Positions 8,002-18,280 of a stretch of 55,257 bases of DNA are shown piece by piece (the stretch's first letter is position 1; the number at the start of each line of letters is the position of its first letter). Made by a program: the position numbers and the translations under genes. The notes beneath the pieces were generated by a model, which did not search any database, had not been told where the DNA came from, and saw only the letters and a program-made list of their open reading frames with translations. Source of the DNA: a virus (lineage: Duplodnaviria > Caudoviricetes); the IMG/VR virus record IMGVR_UViG_3300025325_000026, positions 1 to 55,257 of that record, one strand, 5' to 3'.

Positions 8002-9327
8002 ATGGGATTTTTTGGAAATATTAAAAAGCTGTTCAAAAACGATATTGCCCTTAATGATCCGAAGGCGTGGAGTTCTGCGTTTTGGAATACCTTCGGATCA
8101 CAAACCCCTGCCGGTGAAAATGTAGACGAATACAACGCGATGACATACAGCGCGGTTTGGAACGCTGTATACCAAATTTCATCTACTTCTGGCAGTTTGC
8201 CACTCCATTTACGACAACACAAGGCAAGAAAGACGCGATACGCTACTGAAAATAGTCTCTATCGCGTGATGCATACTCAATTCAATCCGTTTATGACCGC
8301 AAAAATAGGACGTGAATGCCTGATGTCACATGTACTTACATGGGGCAATGGGTATGCTGAAAAGGTCACAAACGGGGTTGGTGATATTGTCGAGCTTTGG
8401 CCTATCACCCCAAATAGAGTATCTCCAAAGATGAAAAATGGAGAAATTGTATACGTTGTCAGGGTTGGAAATGAGGATGTGCCGTTAAAAAGGGATAAAA
8501 TACTGCATATTGCCGGGTTTGGCTTTGACGGACTTGTCGGATACTCACCTATTTCCATGGCGCGTAAAAATATCGGATGGGGAATGGCGATGGAGACGTA
8601 CTCTTCTAATTTTTTTGGAAAGGGCACCCATCCAGGGGTTGTGGTATCGCATCCGGGTCCGGCAATGTCGCCTCAGGCACACGACAACTTAAAAAGGTCG
8701 CTGACAGAATCGTATAGCGGTTTAGGCAACTCTCATAAGTTAATGCTGCTTGAAGAGGCCATGGAGATAAAAAGCCTTGGTTTTTCCCCTGAAGATTCGC
8801 AGTTTTTAGAATCAAAACAGCACCATATCACCGATATTGCGCGTTGGTTTAATATTCCACCGCATAAGTTAAAAGACATGTCGAAATCGTCTTTCAACAA
8901 TATCGAGGCAGAAAATGCATCCTACGTGATCGATACTATTTTGCCTTGGGCGATACATCTTGAACAAATATACGACACTCAACTTTTAAGCAGAAGGCAA
9001 TATGAATCGGGTCTGTATTTTAAGCATGTCTTAGAAGGGCTTTTAAGGGCAAACTCCAAAGAACGGGCAGAATTCTATAAAATTATGATCGGTAATACGA
9101 TGATGACCCCTAATGAGGCAAGGGAAAAAGAGGATATGAATCCGAGTGATGATCCACTTGCCGATGAACTATGGGCACCTACCGGCAATATACCATTAAG
9201 CAAGTTTTCTGAATATCTAAGCAAAAATCAAAATACTTCATCGGTAAAAACAGAAAAAGAAACCGACGATATCGATGATAATTCGGTAACTAAAAACGGT
9301 AAAAAAATGAGACTTTTTGCAACATAA
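8002..9327 (+). CDS. Portal protein (HK97 family)
   Basis: SAVWNAV..IS, WGNGYA, DGLVGYSPI, IARWFNIPPH, TPNEAREKE motifs. Confidence 0.97.
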   Translation: MGFFGNIKKLFKNDIALNDPKAWSSAFWNTFGSQTPAGENVDEYNAMTYSAVWNAVYQISSTSGSLPLHLRQHKARKTRYATENSLYRVMHTQFNPFMTAKIGRECLMSHVLTWGNGYAEKVTNGVGDIVELWPITPNRVSPKMKNGEIVYVVRVGNEDVPLKRDKILHIAGFGFDGLVGYSPISMARKNIGWGMAMETYSSNFFGKGTHPGVVVSHPGPAMSPQAHDNLKRSLTESYSGLGNSHKLMLLEEAMEIKSLGFSPEDSQFLESKQHHITDIARWFNIPPHKLKDMSKSSFNNIEAENASYVIDTILPWAIHLEQIYDTQLLSRRQYESGLYFKHVLEGLLRANSKERAEFYKIMIGNTMMTPNEAREKEDMNPSDDPLADELWAPTGNIPLSKFSEYLSKNQNTSSVKTEKETDDIDDNSVTKNGKKMRLFAT

Positions 9328-9341
9328 AAAAGGACTTCAAA

Positions 9342-10319
9342 ATGATTACAATGCGAAAAATGGCATCGAGAAAAATTGACAACAAGATAAACGTGCAGAA
9401 CAAAGATGATGAGGCAACCATTTACTTGTATGGTGACATCGGAGGATGGTTTGGGATTGATTCGACTGAGTTTATCAAGGAGTTAAACGGAATTACCGCA
9501 AAAACCATCCATCTTCGCGTTGATTCTGGCGGCGGCGACATTTTTACGGCGCGGGCAATGAAAACAGCTATAATGCAGCATAAATCGAAGGTAATCGCGC
9601 ACGTTGACGGTCTCGCAGCTTCTGCGGCATCATTTCTCATTATGGGTGCCGATGAGGTTGAAATTGTTGATGGCGGATTTTTGATGATTCACAATGCACT
9701 ATCGTTTCTCGACCTGTTAGGTTATTTCAACATTGATGACCTTAATAAAATTGCAGAAACAATTAGCAAGGAAATAGATCTTCACGGAAAAATAAATCAG
9801 TCAATAGCCAACGATTACGCAAAAAAGACCGGAAAAGAAGCCTCCGAGTTTCTTGATTATATGAACAAAGAAACATGGTTTACCGCTCAGGAGGCGCTTG
9901 ATATTGGCCTTGTGGATCGAGTATACGATGGCGATCCGGTCGAAAACAAATACGACCTTTCGATATATAATAACGTGCCGGAAATCATGCGAGCGCGAAG
10001 TAAGGTGAATTCAGGTGATGAAAAAGAGATTAACGAGCGCGATTTAGAGAAAGACCTGCGAGATGCCGGTTATTCCCGTAATCGAGCTAAAAATATAGTG
10101 GCAAAGGTTTTTCGTGACGAGCGAGACGCCCGAAGCGAACCGGAAACTCATGATGTGCGAGATGCACAAACTGAGGCCGGTGCCGATCAGCGAGATGCTG
10201 GTGAGCAGCCACAAGCAGAAGTGGTGGACGAGGTTGACCATATCGAACAGGCGAAAAAATTGGTCGATCCAGTTGTCGAATTACTGGAAAAAACAAAACA
10301 AATCACAAAAAAGGAGTAA
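9342..10319 (+). CDS. ClpP-type prohead maturation protease
   Basis: DSGGGD, DGLAASAAS, LMIHN, ETWFTAQEA motifs. Confidence 0.95.
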   Translation: MITMRKMASRKIDNKINVQNKDDEATIYLYGDIGGWFGIDSTEFIKELNGITAKTIHLRVDSGGGDIFTARAMKTAIMQHKSKVIAHVDGLAASAASFLIMGADEVEIVDGGFLMIHNALSFLDLLGYFNIDDLNKIAETISKEIDLHGKINQSIANDYAKKTGKEASEFLDYMNKETWFTAQEALDIGLVDRVYDGDPVENKYDLSIYNNVPEIMRARSKVNSGDEKEINERDLEKDLRDAGYSRNRAKNIVAKVFRDERDARSEPETHDVRDAQTEAGADQRDAGEQPQAEVVDEVDHIEQAKKLVDPVVELLEKTKQITKKE

Positions 10320-10324
10320 GCTGT

Positions 10325-11635
10325 ATGAAAACTATTACTCAGCTTAAGGACGAATTGAAGCAACTGTTAAAGGCTTCGGCGGATATCGATGCAAAAGCAA
10401 CTGCTGAAAATCGCGGTCTTTTGGAGGCTGAAAAGTCTCTTAAAAATCAACTTCTCGATAAAGTTGAAGAGATCCAGGACGAAATCAAGGTGCGTGAGCG
10501 CGAAATCCGTATCGCCGATGCAATCAATCAACCCGGCGATGCAATGACTGTTCCGAAAACGGAGCGTGTGGATATGGGTCGAGACAGCCGGTCGAAAGAC
10601 AAGTTCGGTTCACTTGGTGAAAACGTCGCCGCGATGATCAATGCAAGCCGTCCCGGTGGAACATTTGATCCGAGACTTCACAACGCCGCTACAGGAATGG
10701 GCGAAACCGTTCCGAGTGATGGTGGTTACCTGTTGCAGAAAGATTATGCCGACAAGTTGACCGAAAATCTTTTTGACAACAGCCTGATACTCGGCAAGTG
10801 CGAAAGAATTCCTATTTCTGCGAATTCAAACTCCATCACGATCAACGGCTATGACGAAACCAGCAGGGCGTCGAACACGTTCGGCGGAATCACCATTTAC
10901 AACAACGATGAGGCAGACGAGAAAACCGCGTCGAAGCCAAAGTTCCGGCAGGTTGAACTGAAGCTGAAAAAATACATCGGTCTCGTGTACCTTACCGATG
11001 AGCTTCGCCTTGACGTTCCCGCAATGGAAGCCCGCATATCAAACGCTTTCGGATCGGCGTACGATTTCAAAGTTCAGGGCGATCTTGTTAACGGAACAGG
11101 CGCAAACAACATGCTCGGCGTCATGAATGCCGGGAGTCTTGTTCCAGTTCCAAAAGAAGCCGGACAGAATGCCGATACGATTCATGCCGAAAATATCGTC
11201 AAGATGTATTCGCGTCGGTTCGCTGCACAAACAGCAAATTACGCATGGTATTACAATCAGGACATCGAGCCGCAGCTGTTTACCATGACAATCGCAGCTG
11301 GTACCGCCGGAATCCCTGTTTTCATGCCTGCTGGCGGCCTTAACAACGCCCCGTATAACACGATACTCGGTCGTCCGGCATATGCCATTGAGCAGTGTTC
11401 GACGCTCGGCGACAAGGGCGACATCATCCTTGCAAACTTCAAGGATGGGTACATTGTCGCTGAAAAGGGCGGAATGCAGAGTGATGTTTCAATACATGTA
11501 AAATTTGTCAACGACGAAACGGTACTTCGGTTTGTACTTCGTCTCGACGGTCAGCCGTGGCGCGCAACTCCGCTCACCCCGCATAAGGGTAGCAATACGT
11601 TGTCACATTTCATCACTCTCGACGCAAGGGCGTAA
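10325..11635 (+). CDS. Major capsid protein (HK97 fold, N-terminal delta domain)
   Basis: Coiled-coil N-terminus, SDGGYL, ILGRP, R.DGQP; position after protease. Confidence 0.95.
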   Translation: MKTITQLKDELKQLLKASADIDAKATAENRGLLEAEKSLKNQLLDKVEEIQDEIKVREREIRIADAINQPGDAMTVPKTERVDMGRDSRSKDKFGSLGENVAAMINASRPGGTFDPRLHNAATGMGETVPSDGGYLLQKDYADKLTENLFDNSLILGKCERIPISANSNSITINGYDETSRASNTFGGITIYNNDEADEKTASKPKFRQVELKLKKYIGLVYLTDELRLDVPAMEARISNAFGSAYDFKVQGDLVNGTGANNMLGVMNAGSLVPVPKEAGQNADTIHAENIVKMYSRRFAAQTANYAWYYNQDIEPQLFTMTIAAGTAGIPVFMPAGGLNNAPYNTILGRPAYAIEQCSTLGDKGDIILANFKDGYIVAEKGGMQSDVSIHVKFVNDETVLRFVLRLDGQPWRATPLTPHKGSNTLSHFITLDARA

Positions 11636-11691
11636 TTAATAATCAGGGGGAAACCCCGGATATTTCAAACAAAATAAAAAGGAGCCTTAGA

Positions 11692-12165
11692 ATGTTCTCT
11701 GAAAAACTTAAAATCGTTCCCATTCTCAACAGCGCAAACGTGAGTACCGGGACCGATTGCGACAGCATCAATATGGCAAATTATCACAGAGCGACGCTTA
11801 TTTTTACCTTCGGCGCTGTGACAACTGACATTACCATCACCCCGACGTGCGGAGCGACGGAAGCCGCAAAAACAACCGCAGTGCCGTTGCAGTACGCAAA
11901 GGGTGGGGCCGCAATAGGTACGGCAGTGCTAGGCAGCGCGTCATCGTGCGATGTTCTCGCTGCGTGGACTGCTCACGCTTCTGCGGCTTCGATTACCGCC
12001 GCAAGCAATCTCATGGCCGTCGTTGAAATCAGCGCTTCGGCAATGGCAGCAAGCAAACCGTGGCTTACCGTTACGGTTGCAGCAGGATCGTCCGGCATTT
12101 GTCACTGCGTTGCAGTTCTTGAACCTCGCTATACCGGCAACCGTTCCGTAACTGCTCTGAAGTAG
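11692..12165 (+). CDS. Putative capsid decoration/cement protein
   Basis: Ala/Thr-rich beta protein immediately after capsid gene, AGGAG SD. Confidence 0.6.
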   Translation: MFSEKLKIVPILNSANVSTGTDCDSINMANYHRATLIFTFGAVTTDITITPTCGATEAAKTTAVPLQYAKGGAAIGTAVLGSASSCDVLAAWTAHASAASITAASNLMAVVEISASAMAASKPWLTVTVAAGSSGICHCVAVLEPRYTGNRSVTALK

Positions 12166-12321
12166 TTTAACTTGCGGGAGTAACATCCCGCATACTTTTT
12201 GGAGGATATAAAATGTTAGACGCAACCGATCTCGAAAGAATCAGGGATATCGTAAAAGAGGAGATTAACAAAAGCAAAGAATCTTCTTCACCAAAAAAAG
12301 CCGACAAGAAAGAGGTAAAAA

Positions 12322-12861
12322 GTGAACTATAATCAATCCACAAGAGACAGGATAGCGGACATGATTTTAGGTCTGCGTGTTTCAACAACCAACAGCGGGT
12401 TGGTTGCCGCTAACTTCGCCACTGGCGGAGTAAATACCAGTCTGTTTAATATTTACGGACGCATTGCAGTAAAACAGCTTTTTATAGAGCTTACGGCCGC
12501 TGCCGATGCTAACGCTACACAAGTATTGTTTTATGCGACATTTACAACCCCAGTCATCACCCTAAATGCCATGTGTGGCAAATGTGCAAGTATTGCAAAC
12601 CTTGGGGCATATGGAAGAATCGTTTTAGCTGGTGGCGCTGTTGCAACTGCTGCCGTAATTACTGATTCGGCAGGGCTGTCGGATGTTGAAACGGCAGGGA
12701 AAATACACATTCTTGGTGGAATAACATCAGCAGGAGCAAATACGGTCGGGGTTATAGGTATGCAATCAAGTGATGCCTCTCAGGCTGCAACAATAACAGC
12801 CACTGCGCACCTGTTTTATGTGCCTATGTCAACAGGTGCCTATGCGGAAGCAGCAGTATAA
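12322..12861 (+). CDS. Putative virion (head) structural protein
   Basis: Ala/Gly/Thr-rich; position in head module. Confidence 0.55.
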   Translation: MNYNQSTRDRIADMILGLRVSTTNSGLVAANFATGGVNTSLFNIYGRIAVKQLFIELTAAADANATQVLFYATFTTPVITLNAMCGKCASIANLGAYGRIVLAGGAVATAAVITDSAGLSDVETAGKIHILGGITSAGANTVGVIGMQSSDASQAATITATAHLFYVPMSTGAYAEAAV

Positions 12862-12864
12862 CAT

Positions 12865-13473
12865 ATGGTGCTTGTCATCGAAACAGCGCCGGGATTAGAA
12901 CCCGTATCGGTAGCAGAGTTGGCTGCTCATTTACGCATAGATGAGTACGATTCTGATTCCGGCGCTGAACTTTTAGCTATAATAGAGGCTGCAAGGGAAA
13001 TTGTAGAAGACATAACTTCGCGTAAGCTGTTTACTCAAACGTGGAATTACTTTATTGATGCCTTTCCAAGTAGCGATTATGTAAAAATACCTTTTGGAAA
13101 CCTTCAAAGTGTTGCCCACGTAAAATATACCGATTCGGCTGGAACCGTAACGACTATGACCGCAGGAACCGATTACATTGTCGAGACGAATGGTGATCAG
13201 TGTGGTAAAATAGTTTTGCCACATGGCGCCACATGGCCGTCATTTACCGAGTATCCGTCAAATCCGATCGAAATACGGTTTGTCTGCGGGTGGGAATACG
13301 ATAGCGACGAAGTATCGTCGATTCCAAAAAAATACAAACAGGCCATTAAATTAATTTGTGGCGACTTGTATGCAAACAGAGAGGGCCAAGTTTTAAAGAG
13401 CGAAGACTATAAAATAAACAAAACAGTGTCGAATCTTTTATCAAGCTGTATTCTGCGTGATACTTTTTTGTGA
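12865..13473 (+). CDS. Head-tail adaptor (gp6/gp15-like)
   Basis: EPVSVAEL..HLRID, AARE.VE..T.R.L.TQTW, LYANRE. Confidence 0.9.
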   Translation: MVLVIETAPGLEPVSVAELAAHLRIDEYDSDSGAELLAIIEAAREIVEDITSRKLFTQTWNYFIDAFPSSDYVKIPFGNLQSVAHVKYTDSAGTVTTMTAGTDYIVETNGDQCGKIVLPHGATWPSFTEYPSNPIEIRFVCGWEYDSDEVSSIPKKYKQAIKLICGDLYANREGQVLKSEDYKINKTVSNLLSSCILRDTFL

Positions 13474-13505
13474 TTAGTAATTTATTGAACTAAGGCAGAT
13501 ATACC

Positions 13506-14048
13506 GTGATTGATCTTTTTTGCATAGCATCGGGTCCGAGCTTAACAGCCTCAGATTGTGAGCTTGTTAAAAAAAGCGGAATAAAAACCGTTGCTGTAAA
13601 TAATTCATGGGAAATGGCGCAGTCTTGCACCTACCTATATGCCGGTGACGCTAAATGGTGGAAAGCAAATTTTTCAAAAATAAATATACCAGCCGAAAAG
13701 TGGACGTGCTCCGACAGAGCCGCTAACACATATAAATTGCACTACCACATTGCCGCAGGACCGTACAATTCTGGAATGCGGGCGATACAATTCGGGATGT
13801 CAAAGGGCTTTAAATCAATTGCGCTTCTCGGGTACGATTGTTCTATTAAAAACGGCATTCATTGGCACGGTGCGCACACTGAACCGGTTTTGAGGAATCC
13901 GACAGTATCGAAAATTGAGAAATGGCACGATCAATTTAAGCGTGTTTCTGATATAGCAAAAAAGCAAGGAATAAAAATTTATAATTGTAGCAGATATACT
14001 GAGCTTAGTTGTTTTGAACAAGCAAACCTTGAAGAGATGCTTGTATGA
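13506..14048 (+). CDS. Glycosyltransferase-like (MptE/DUF115-like Rossmann) protein
   Basis: ASGPSL, VNN, NSG..AI, LLGYDC..HWHG, NCS motifs. Confidence 0.7.
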   Translation: MIDLFCIASGPSLTASDCELVKKSGIKTVAVNNSWEMAQSCTYLYAGDAKWWKANFSKINIPAEKWTCSDRAANTYKLHYHIAAGPYNSGMRAIQFGMSKGFKSIALLGYDCSIKNGIHWHGAHTEPVLRNPTVSKIEKWHDQFKRVSDIAKKQGIKIYNCSRYTELSCFEQANLEEMLV

Positions 14049-14629
14049 ACAAAATGCCAATTGATAGCATTCGCGGACGAATACGGTGGTGGATTGAGAG
14101 GTTCTCATCTGAACTTGGCGATAATGTTCTCGAAGTTGGCAGTAGGCTTCATAATCCTGATTGCTGGTGGATAAATAATCATGATTTAGCAACAGGAAAT
14201 TGGACCGGAATTGATATGCAGGAAGGGCATGGTGTTGATGTTGTTGCCGACACCCATTCGCTTCCTGTCGATTGGTCAAATAAATTTACAGGTATATTAT
14301 GCTCTGAGGTTTTGGAGCACGTCAAAAGACCGTGGATTGCAATTCCAGAGATGTTCCGAGTTCTTCAGCCCGGCGGAACAATAATTATTACCACTCTGTT
14401 CTGCTTTCATGTTCATGGCTACCCAGATGATTATTACAGGTATACTGATTCAGGTTTAAAAACGCTGCTTTCAGATGCAGGATTTGTTGACATAAATACA
14501 AAATATGGTGGAAACGAAGTTCTTCATTTAAAGAATCATGATGATACTATTTTTTTAAAAAATGCTCCGCATCAAATTTTTGCAGTAGCCAAAAAGCCTG
14601 ATAGGAATTTTTGCAATGATAAAATTTGA
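14045..14629 (+). CDS. Class I SAM-dependent methyltransferase
   Basis: VLEVGS, GIDM, SEVLEHV, RVLQPGG, YPDDYYRYT. Confidence 0.9.
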   Translation: MNKMPIDSIRGRIRWWIERFSSELGDNVLEVGSRLHNPDCWWINNHDLATGNWTGIDMQEGHGVDVVADTHSLPVDWSNKFTGILCSEVLEHVKRPWIAIPEMFRVLQPGGTIIITTLFCFHVHGYPDDYYRYTDSGLKTLLSDAGFVDINTKYGGNEVLHLKNHDDTIFLKNAPHQIFAVAKKPDRNFCNDKI

Positions 14630-15230
14630 TCGTAAATATTGGAAGCGATGGAGAGGCGAGACGGTTGTATGCATGGCAAGCGGGCCAAGCATGACAAGCG
14701 AGGACGCTGAGTATTGTAGATATAAAGCAAAGGTTATTACTGTAAATTCAACGTACAGGCTAGCTCCATGGGCCAATGTTCATTACTCAAGCGATCACGA
14801 CTGGTGGAATGTTCATTTTCGAGATATAATGAACACATGTAAAGGTGAGCTATGGACAGGGTATAGTGAGTACATAAACGACTATATTCATCATTGTCCG
14901 TACAATAAAAAAATTAAAGGTTTGAGCAATAAGCCAGGTATTATTTCTTGGGGTGGAAACTCTGGTTTTTGCGCTGTAGGGTTGGCACATCAATTCGGTG
15001 CAAAAAAAATAATACTGCTTGGCTACGATATGAACGATAAATACGGGACGGCCCATTGGCACGGTGCGCACGAAGATCCACTCAGAAAGGATTTTAATTT
15101 TCCGAAATGGATTGATCATTTTACTGCCGCATATAGTGATTTTAAAAGACTTGGAGTTATGGTAATCAATTGTTCGCGTGAAACATCTTTACCACTGTAC
15201 TACCGCGCTGAATTAAAGGACGTATTGTAA
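14616..15230 (+). CDS. Glycosyltransferase-like (MptE/DUF115-like) protein, paralog of 13506-14048
   Basis: ASGPSM, GGNSG, LLGYDM..HWHG, NCS motifs. Confidence 0.7.
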   Translation: MIKFDRKYWKRWRGETVVCMASGPSMTSEDAEYCRYKAKVITVNSTYRLAPWANVHYSSDHDWWNVHFRDIMNTCKGELWTGYSEYINDYIHHCPYNKKIKGLSNKPGIISWGGNSGFCAVGLAHQFGAKKIILLGYDMNDKYGTAHWHGAHEDPLRKDFNFPKWIDHFTAAYSDFKRLGVMVINCSRETSLPLYYRAELKDVL

Positions 15231-15940
15231 TGGAAGATTTGACACTGTTGACAACCACAGGGGAACGTCCAGAAGCGTGGTCTATTTGTGAATCTCTGAT
15301 GTTTAGACAGACGTTTACAGGATCAGTACGATGGATTGTTGTCGATGACGGTACAATCGAACAACCAATTACATTTTTAAGACAAGGATGGACCATAGAG
15401 TCAGTTCGGCCTAAACCGTTTTGGAAAACCGGATCAAATACACAGGCGAGAAATATTCTTGCGTGTTTAGGACTTGTTAAAAACGAAAACAGGCTGGTTG
15501 TTATTGAAGATGACGACTGGTATTCGCCGGAATATTTAAGCGTAGTTTATGAAAATATTTTAAATTTTGACCTTGTTGGTGAATCTCCGGCTGCTTATTA
15601 TAACGTTAGCACTGGACGTGGTAGATTGTGCGATAATGATATCCATTCAGGGCTTTGCCGTACCGCTATGAAGGGTAATGCGATAAATTGTTTTAAAGGT
15701 ATGGCAAAAATCAACCATAAATTTATTGACATACATTTATGGAGAATGTTCAAGGGGAGTAAAAAAATTATAAAAAATACCCGCATGGTTGTTGGTATAA
15801 AAGGGTTGCCCGGCAGGAAGGGTATAGGGGTAGGACATCGAGATACATTCGGCGATCCAATGGATTTAAGATCTTGGATTGGAAATGATATTGATATTTA
15901 TAAAAAATGGATTATCAGCGGAGTGAACGTTGCCGCTTGA
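15230..15940 (+). CDS. GT-A/GT2-like glycosyltransferase
   Basis: WIVVDDG and IEDDDWY DxD motifs. Confidence 0.85.
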   Translation: MEDLTLLTTTGERPEAWSICESLMFRQTFTGSVRWIVVDDGTIEQPITFLRQGWTIESVRPKPFWKTGSNTQARNILACLGLVKNENRLVVIEDDDWYSPEYLSVVYENILNFDLVGESPAAYYNVSTGRGRLCDNDIHSGLCRTAMKGNAINCFKGMAKINHKFIDIHLWRMFKGSKKIIKNTRMVVGIKGLPGRKGIGVGHRDTFGDPMDLRSWIGNDIDIYKKWIISGVNVAA

Positions 15941-16268
15941 AGCAGGAAAATTAAGGCATCGTTTAACGATACTTGAACTGGATCAGGAGCAGGATTCAGA
16001 TACTGGCGATATGGAAACAGTATGGTCGGAACTTGCGATTGTGTGGGGATCGTTTGAGCCGTATTCAACAAAGGAGTTTATTGCAGCATCGAGTAATCAG
16101 AGTCAAACGTCGGTACGCTCCGTTATTCGTTACCGTTCTGACGTAACCGCTGCAATGCGTATTTCTTTCCGAAGTAAATTGTATGAGATAGTCGGGCCAC
16201 CGCTGCCGGATAAGGAATCCGGGCTTGAATATTTAACGCTGATGCTTGCAGAGGTGACAGATGAATAA
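15930..16268 (+). CDS. Head closure (stopper) protein
   Basis: AGKLRHRLTI, IRYR, MRI motifs. Confidence 0.9.
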   Translation: MPLEAGKLRHRLTILELDQEQDSDTGDMETVWSELAIVWGSFEPYSTKEFIAASSNQSQTSVRSVIRYRSDVTAAMRISFRSKLYEIVGPPLPDKESGLEYLTLMLAEVTDE

Positions 16269-16737
16269 AACAGAATTCGGGCTGCAAGGAATCGATGAAT
16301 TATTAGGCAGGTTTGCATCGATAACAAACGATGTTAAATATAAGGGTGGAAGATTTGCACTCAGGAGAGCGGCAAACGTTGTTGCCAAGGCAGCAAAGCA
16401 AGGTGCGGAAAGAATCGATGATCCGAAAACAGGCAGAAGTATTTCCGACAATATCGCCGTAAGATTTAGCAATCGGACCTTCAAGCGAAACGGAAATCTT
16501 ATGTTTCGCGTAGGAGTAAAGCACGGGTCACTTTTGAAGGATGGTGGAGATGTTTCGCCGAACGCACCAACTCCGCACTGGCGACTATTGGAATTCGGAA
16601 CTGAAAAAATGCCAGCAGATCCGTTTATGAGGCCAGCGCTTGAAAGTAATATTTCTTCGGCTACCGGCGAATTTGTCGAACAGTACAAAAAATCAATCGA
16701 CCGCGCAATAAAAAAAGCGGCAAAGGTGGCGGCGTAA
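16261..16737 (+). CDS. HK97 gp10-family neck/tail protein
   Basis: HWRLLEFGTEKMPADPFMRPAL. Confidence 0.92.
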   Translation: MNKTEFGLQGIDELLGRFASITNDVKYKGGRFALRRAANVVAKAAKQGAERIDDPKTGRSISDNIAVRFSNRTFKRNGNLMFRVGVKHGSLLKDGGDVSPNAPTPHWRLLEFGTEKMPADPFMRPALESNISSATGEFVEQYKKSIDRAIKKAAKVAA

Positions 16738-17102
16738 TGTATCCGCCACTGTTTGCAATAGTATCAATTGACGGCGATGTTCAGACATCGTTCGGGACAA
16801 GTCCGGTAAGGGTTTTTCCATTCGGGGGGGCACCAGAAATGACGGTGCTTCCGTATGCTGTTTGGCAGGTCGTAGGCGGTACCCCTGAAAACTATATGGG
16901 TAACTCTCCCGACATGGATACGTATTTGGTTCAGGTTGACGTGTACGGAAAAACGGCGGCTTCGGCAAGAAATTCTGCGGAAACATTACGCGACGCCATT
17001 GAACCTAATGCGCATGTAGTTTCTTGGCGCGGAGAAAGTAAAGACGCTGAAACTCAGCACTATAGATACTCTTTCGATGTAAACTTTTTAACAGCCAGAT
17101 AA
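16737..17102 (+). CDS. Tail terminator (DUF3168-like)
   Basis: PYAVWQ, VQVDVYG; position before tail tube gene. Confidence 0.85.
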   Translation: MYPPLFAIVSIDGDVQTSFGTSPVRVFPFGGAPEMTVLPYAVWQVVGGTPENYMGNSPDMDTYLVQVDVYGKTAASARNSAETLRDAIEPNAHVVSWRGESKDAETQHYRYSFDVNFLTAR

Positions 17103-17114
17103 GGAGAAACCATC

Positions 17115-17579
17115 ATGGCTATCAAGACGCAGGGAACTCAGGTCTATTTCATTGAGCCGGTCGATGATTCCGTTGTCGAAGTTACCGGAGTAACCAATTT
17201 TAATCCTGGCGGCGCACCTTTTGATGAAATTGAAACCACCTCGCTTACGGATACCGACAAGACTTATTTACCGGGATTAAGGTCGCCAACGGAAGCTACG
17301 ATAGAGTTGAACTTCGATCCGACAAACGCAAGCCACGTAAGGATATTTGAGCTGTTTACGGCTGGTACTGTTGTCGATTGGGCCGCAGGATGGTCTGACG
17401 ATACAACTGCTCCGACCGCAGATTCTGATGGCTTTGTTTTGCCGTCAACAAGGACTTGGTACACCCTTTCAGGTTTCGTAAAGGACTGCCCATTTGACTT
17501 TGCTGTTAACACCAAAGTCGTGTCAACGGTAACGATTCGCAAATCAGGGGTTTCGAACTTCGTTGCATCAAGCACGTAA
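17115..17579 (+). CDS. Major tail tube protein
   Basis: KTQGTQ.YF, IETT.L...KTY.PGL, NFDP. Confidence 0.9.
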   Translation: MAIKTQGTQVYFIEPVDDSVVEVTGVTNFNPGGAPFDEIETTSLTDTDKTYLPGLRSPTEATIELNFDPTNASHVRIFELFTAGTVVDWAAGWSDDTTAPTADSDGFVLPSTRTWYTLSGFVKDCPFDFAVNTKVVSTVTIRKSGVSNFVASST

Positions 17580-17590
17580 GGAGAACGGCA

Positions 17591-17986
17591 ATGGAATTGA
17601 ATCTTAATTCTCTTCAGGCAGCCGGAGCGTTCACTGGTTGCCCCGTTGAGAAAGAAATAAAATGGAATAAGGACGGAAAAGAGCTTTCTGCGACTGCCTA
17701 CGTTCGGAAGTTGTCGTACAAAAGCGCCGTTTCCGATGTAAAGCAATTCGGAAAGGACGTGATTGCGGGACGCATTGCGGCGTGTATTTGCGATAAGGGA
17801 GGAATTCCGGTATTTTCCGTTGAGGACATTACCGGGTACGTTGTCGAATCGGAAAAAGATACCGAAGCAGAAAAGAAAAGGAAAATAGCGATAATTGAGC
17901 GCGGCCCGCTCGATCACAATCTTACCATTGCACTGCTTAGCGCTATTGCAGAGGTCAATTCAATATCGGGGGAAGTGAAGACCTGA
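17591..17986 (+). CDS. Tail assembly chaperone G
   Basis: Between tail tube and tape measure genes; ends in slippery sequence. Confidence 0.85.
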   Translation: MELNLNSLQAAGAFTGCPVEKEIKWNKDGKELSATAYVRKLSYKSAVSDVKQFGKDVIAGRIAACICDKGGIPVFSVEDITGYVVESEKDTEAEKKRKIAIIERGPLDHNLTIALLSAIAEVNSISGEVKT

Positions 17987-18279
17987 CGGAAATCGACGAA
18001 GTATGGCATGAGCTTGTTTTGTGTGGAATCGGTGGCAGGACAATCGATGAAGCACAACGCAATATCAGCTATGAAGAGTTTGTCCGTTGGGTCAAGTATC
18101 GAAATATGCGTGGAAGTTTTAATTTTGGGTTAAGAATGGAGCACGATATAGCCATGTTTGCAAGCATGTTTGCTAATAGATACCGTAAAGACGGGTCTAC
18201 ACCTTTCAAGATTTACGACTTTGCCCCTCATCTTGATGCGCCAGAAGTGACACTTGATGATTGGAGAAAAGCGGTATAG
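17968..18279 (+). CDS. Tail assembly chaperone T segment, reached by -1 frameshift at G-GGG-GAA (17968-17974)
   Basis: -1 frame is open from the slippery site through EVWHELVLCGIGGRTI to 18279. Confidence 0.8.
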   Translation, partial: GGSEDLTEIDEVWHELVLCGIGGRTIDEAQRNISYEEFVRWVKYRNMRGSFNFGLRMEHDIAMFASMFANRYRKDGSTPFKIYDFAPHLDAPEVTLDDWRKAV

Positions 18280-18280
18280 T

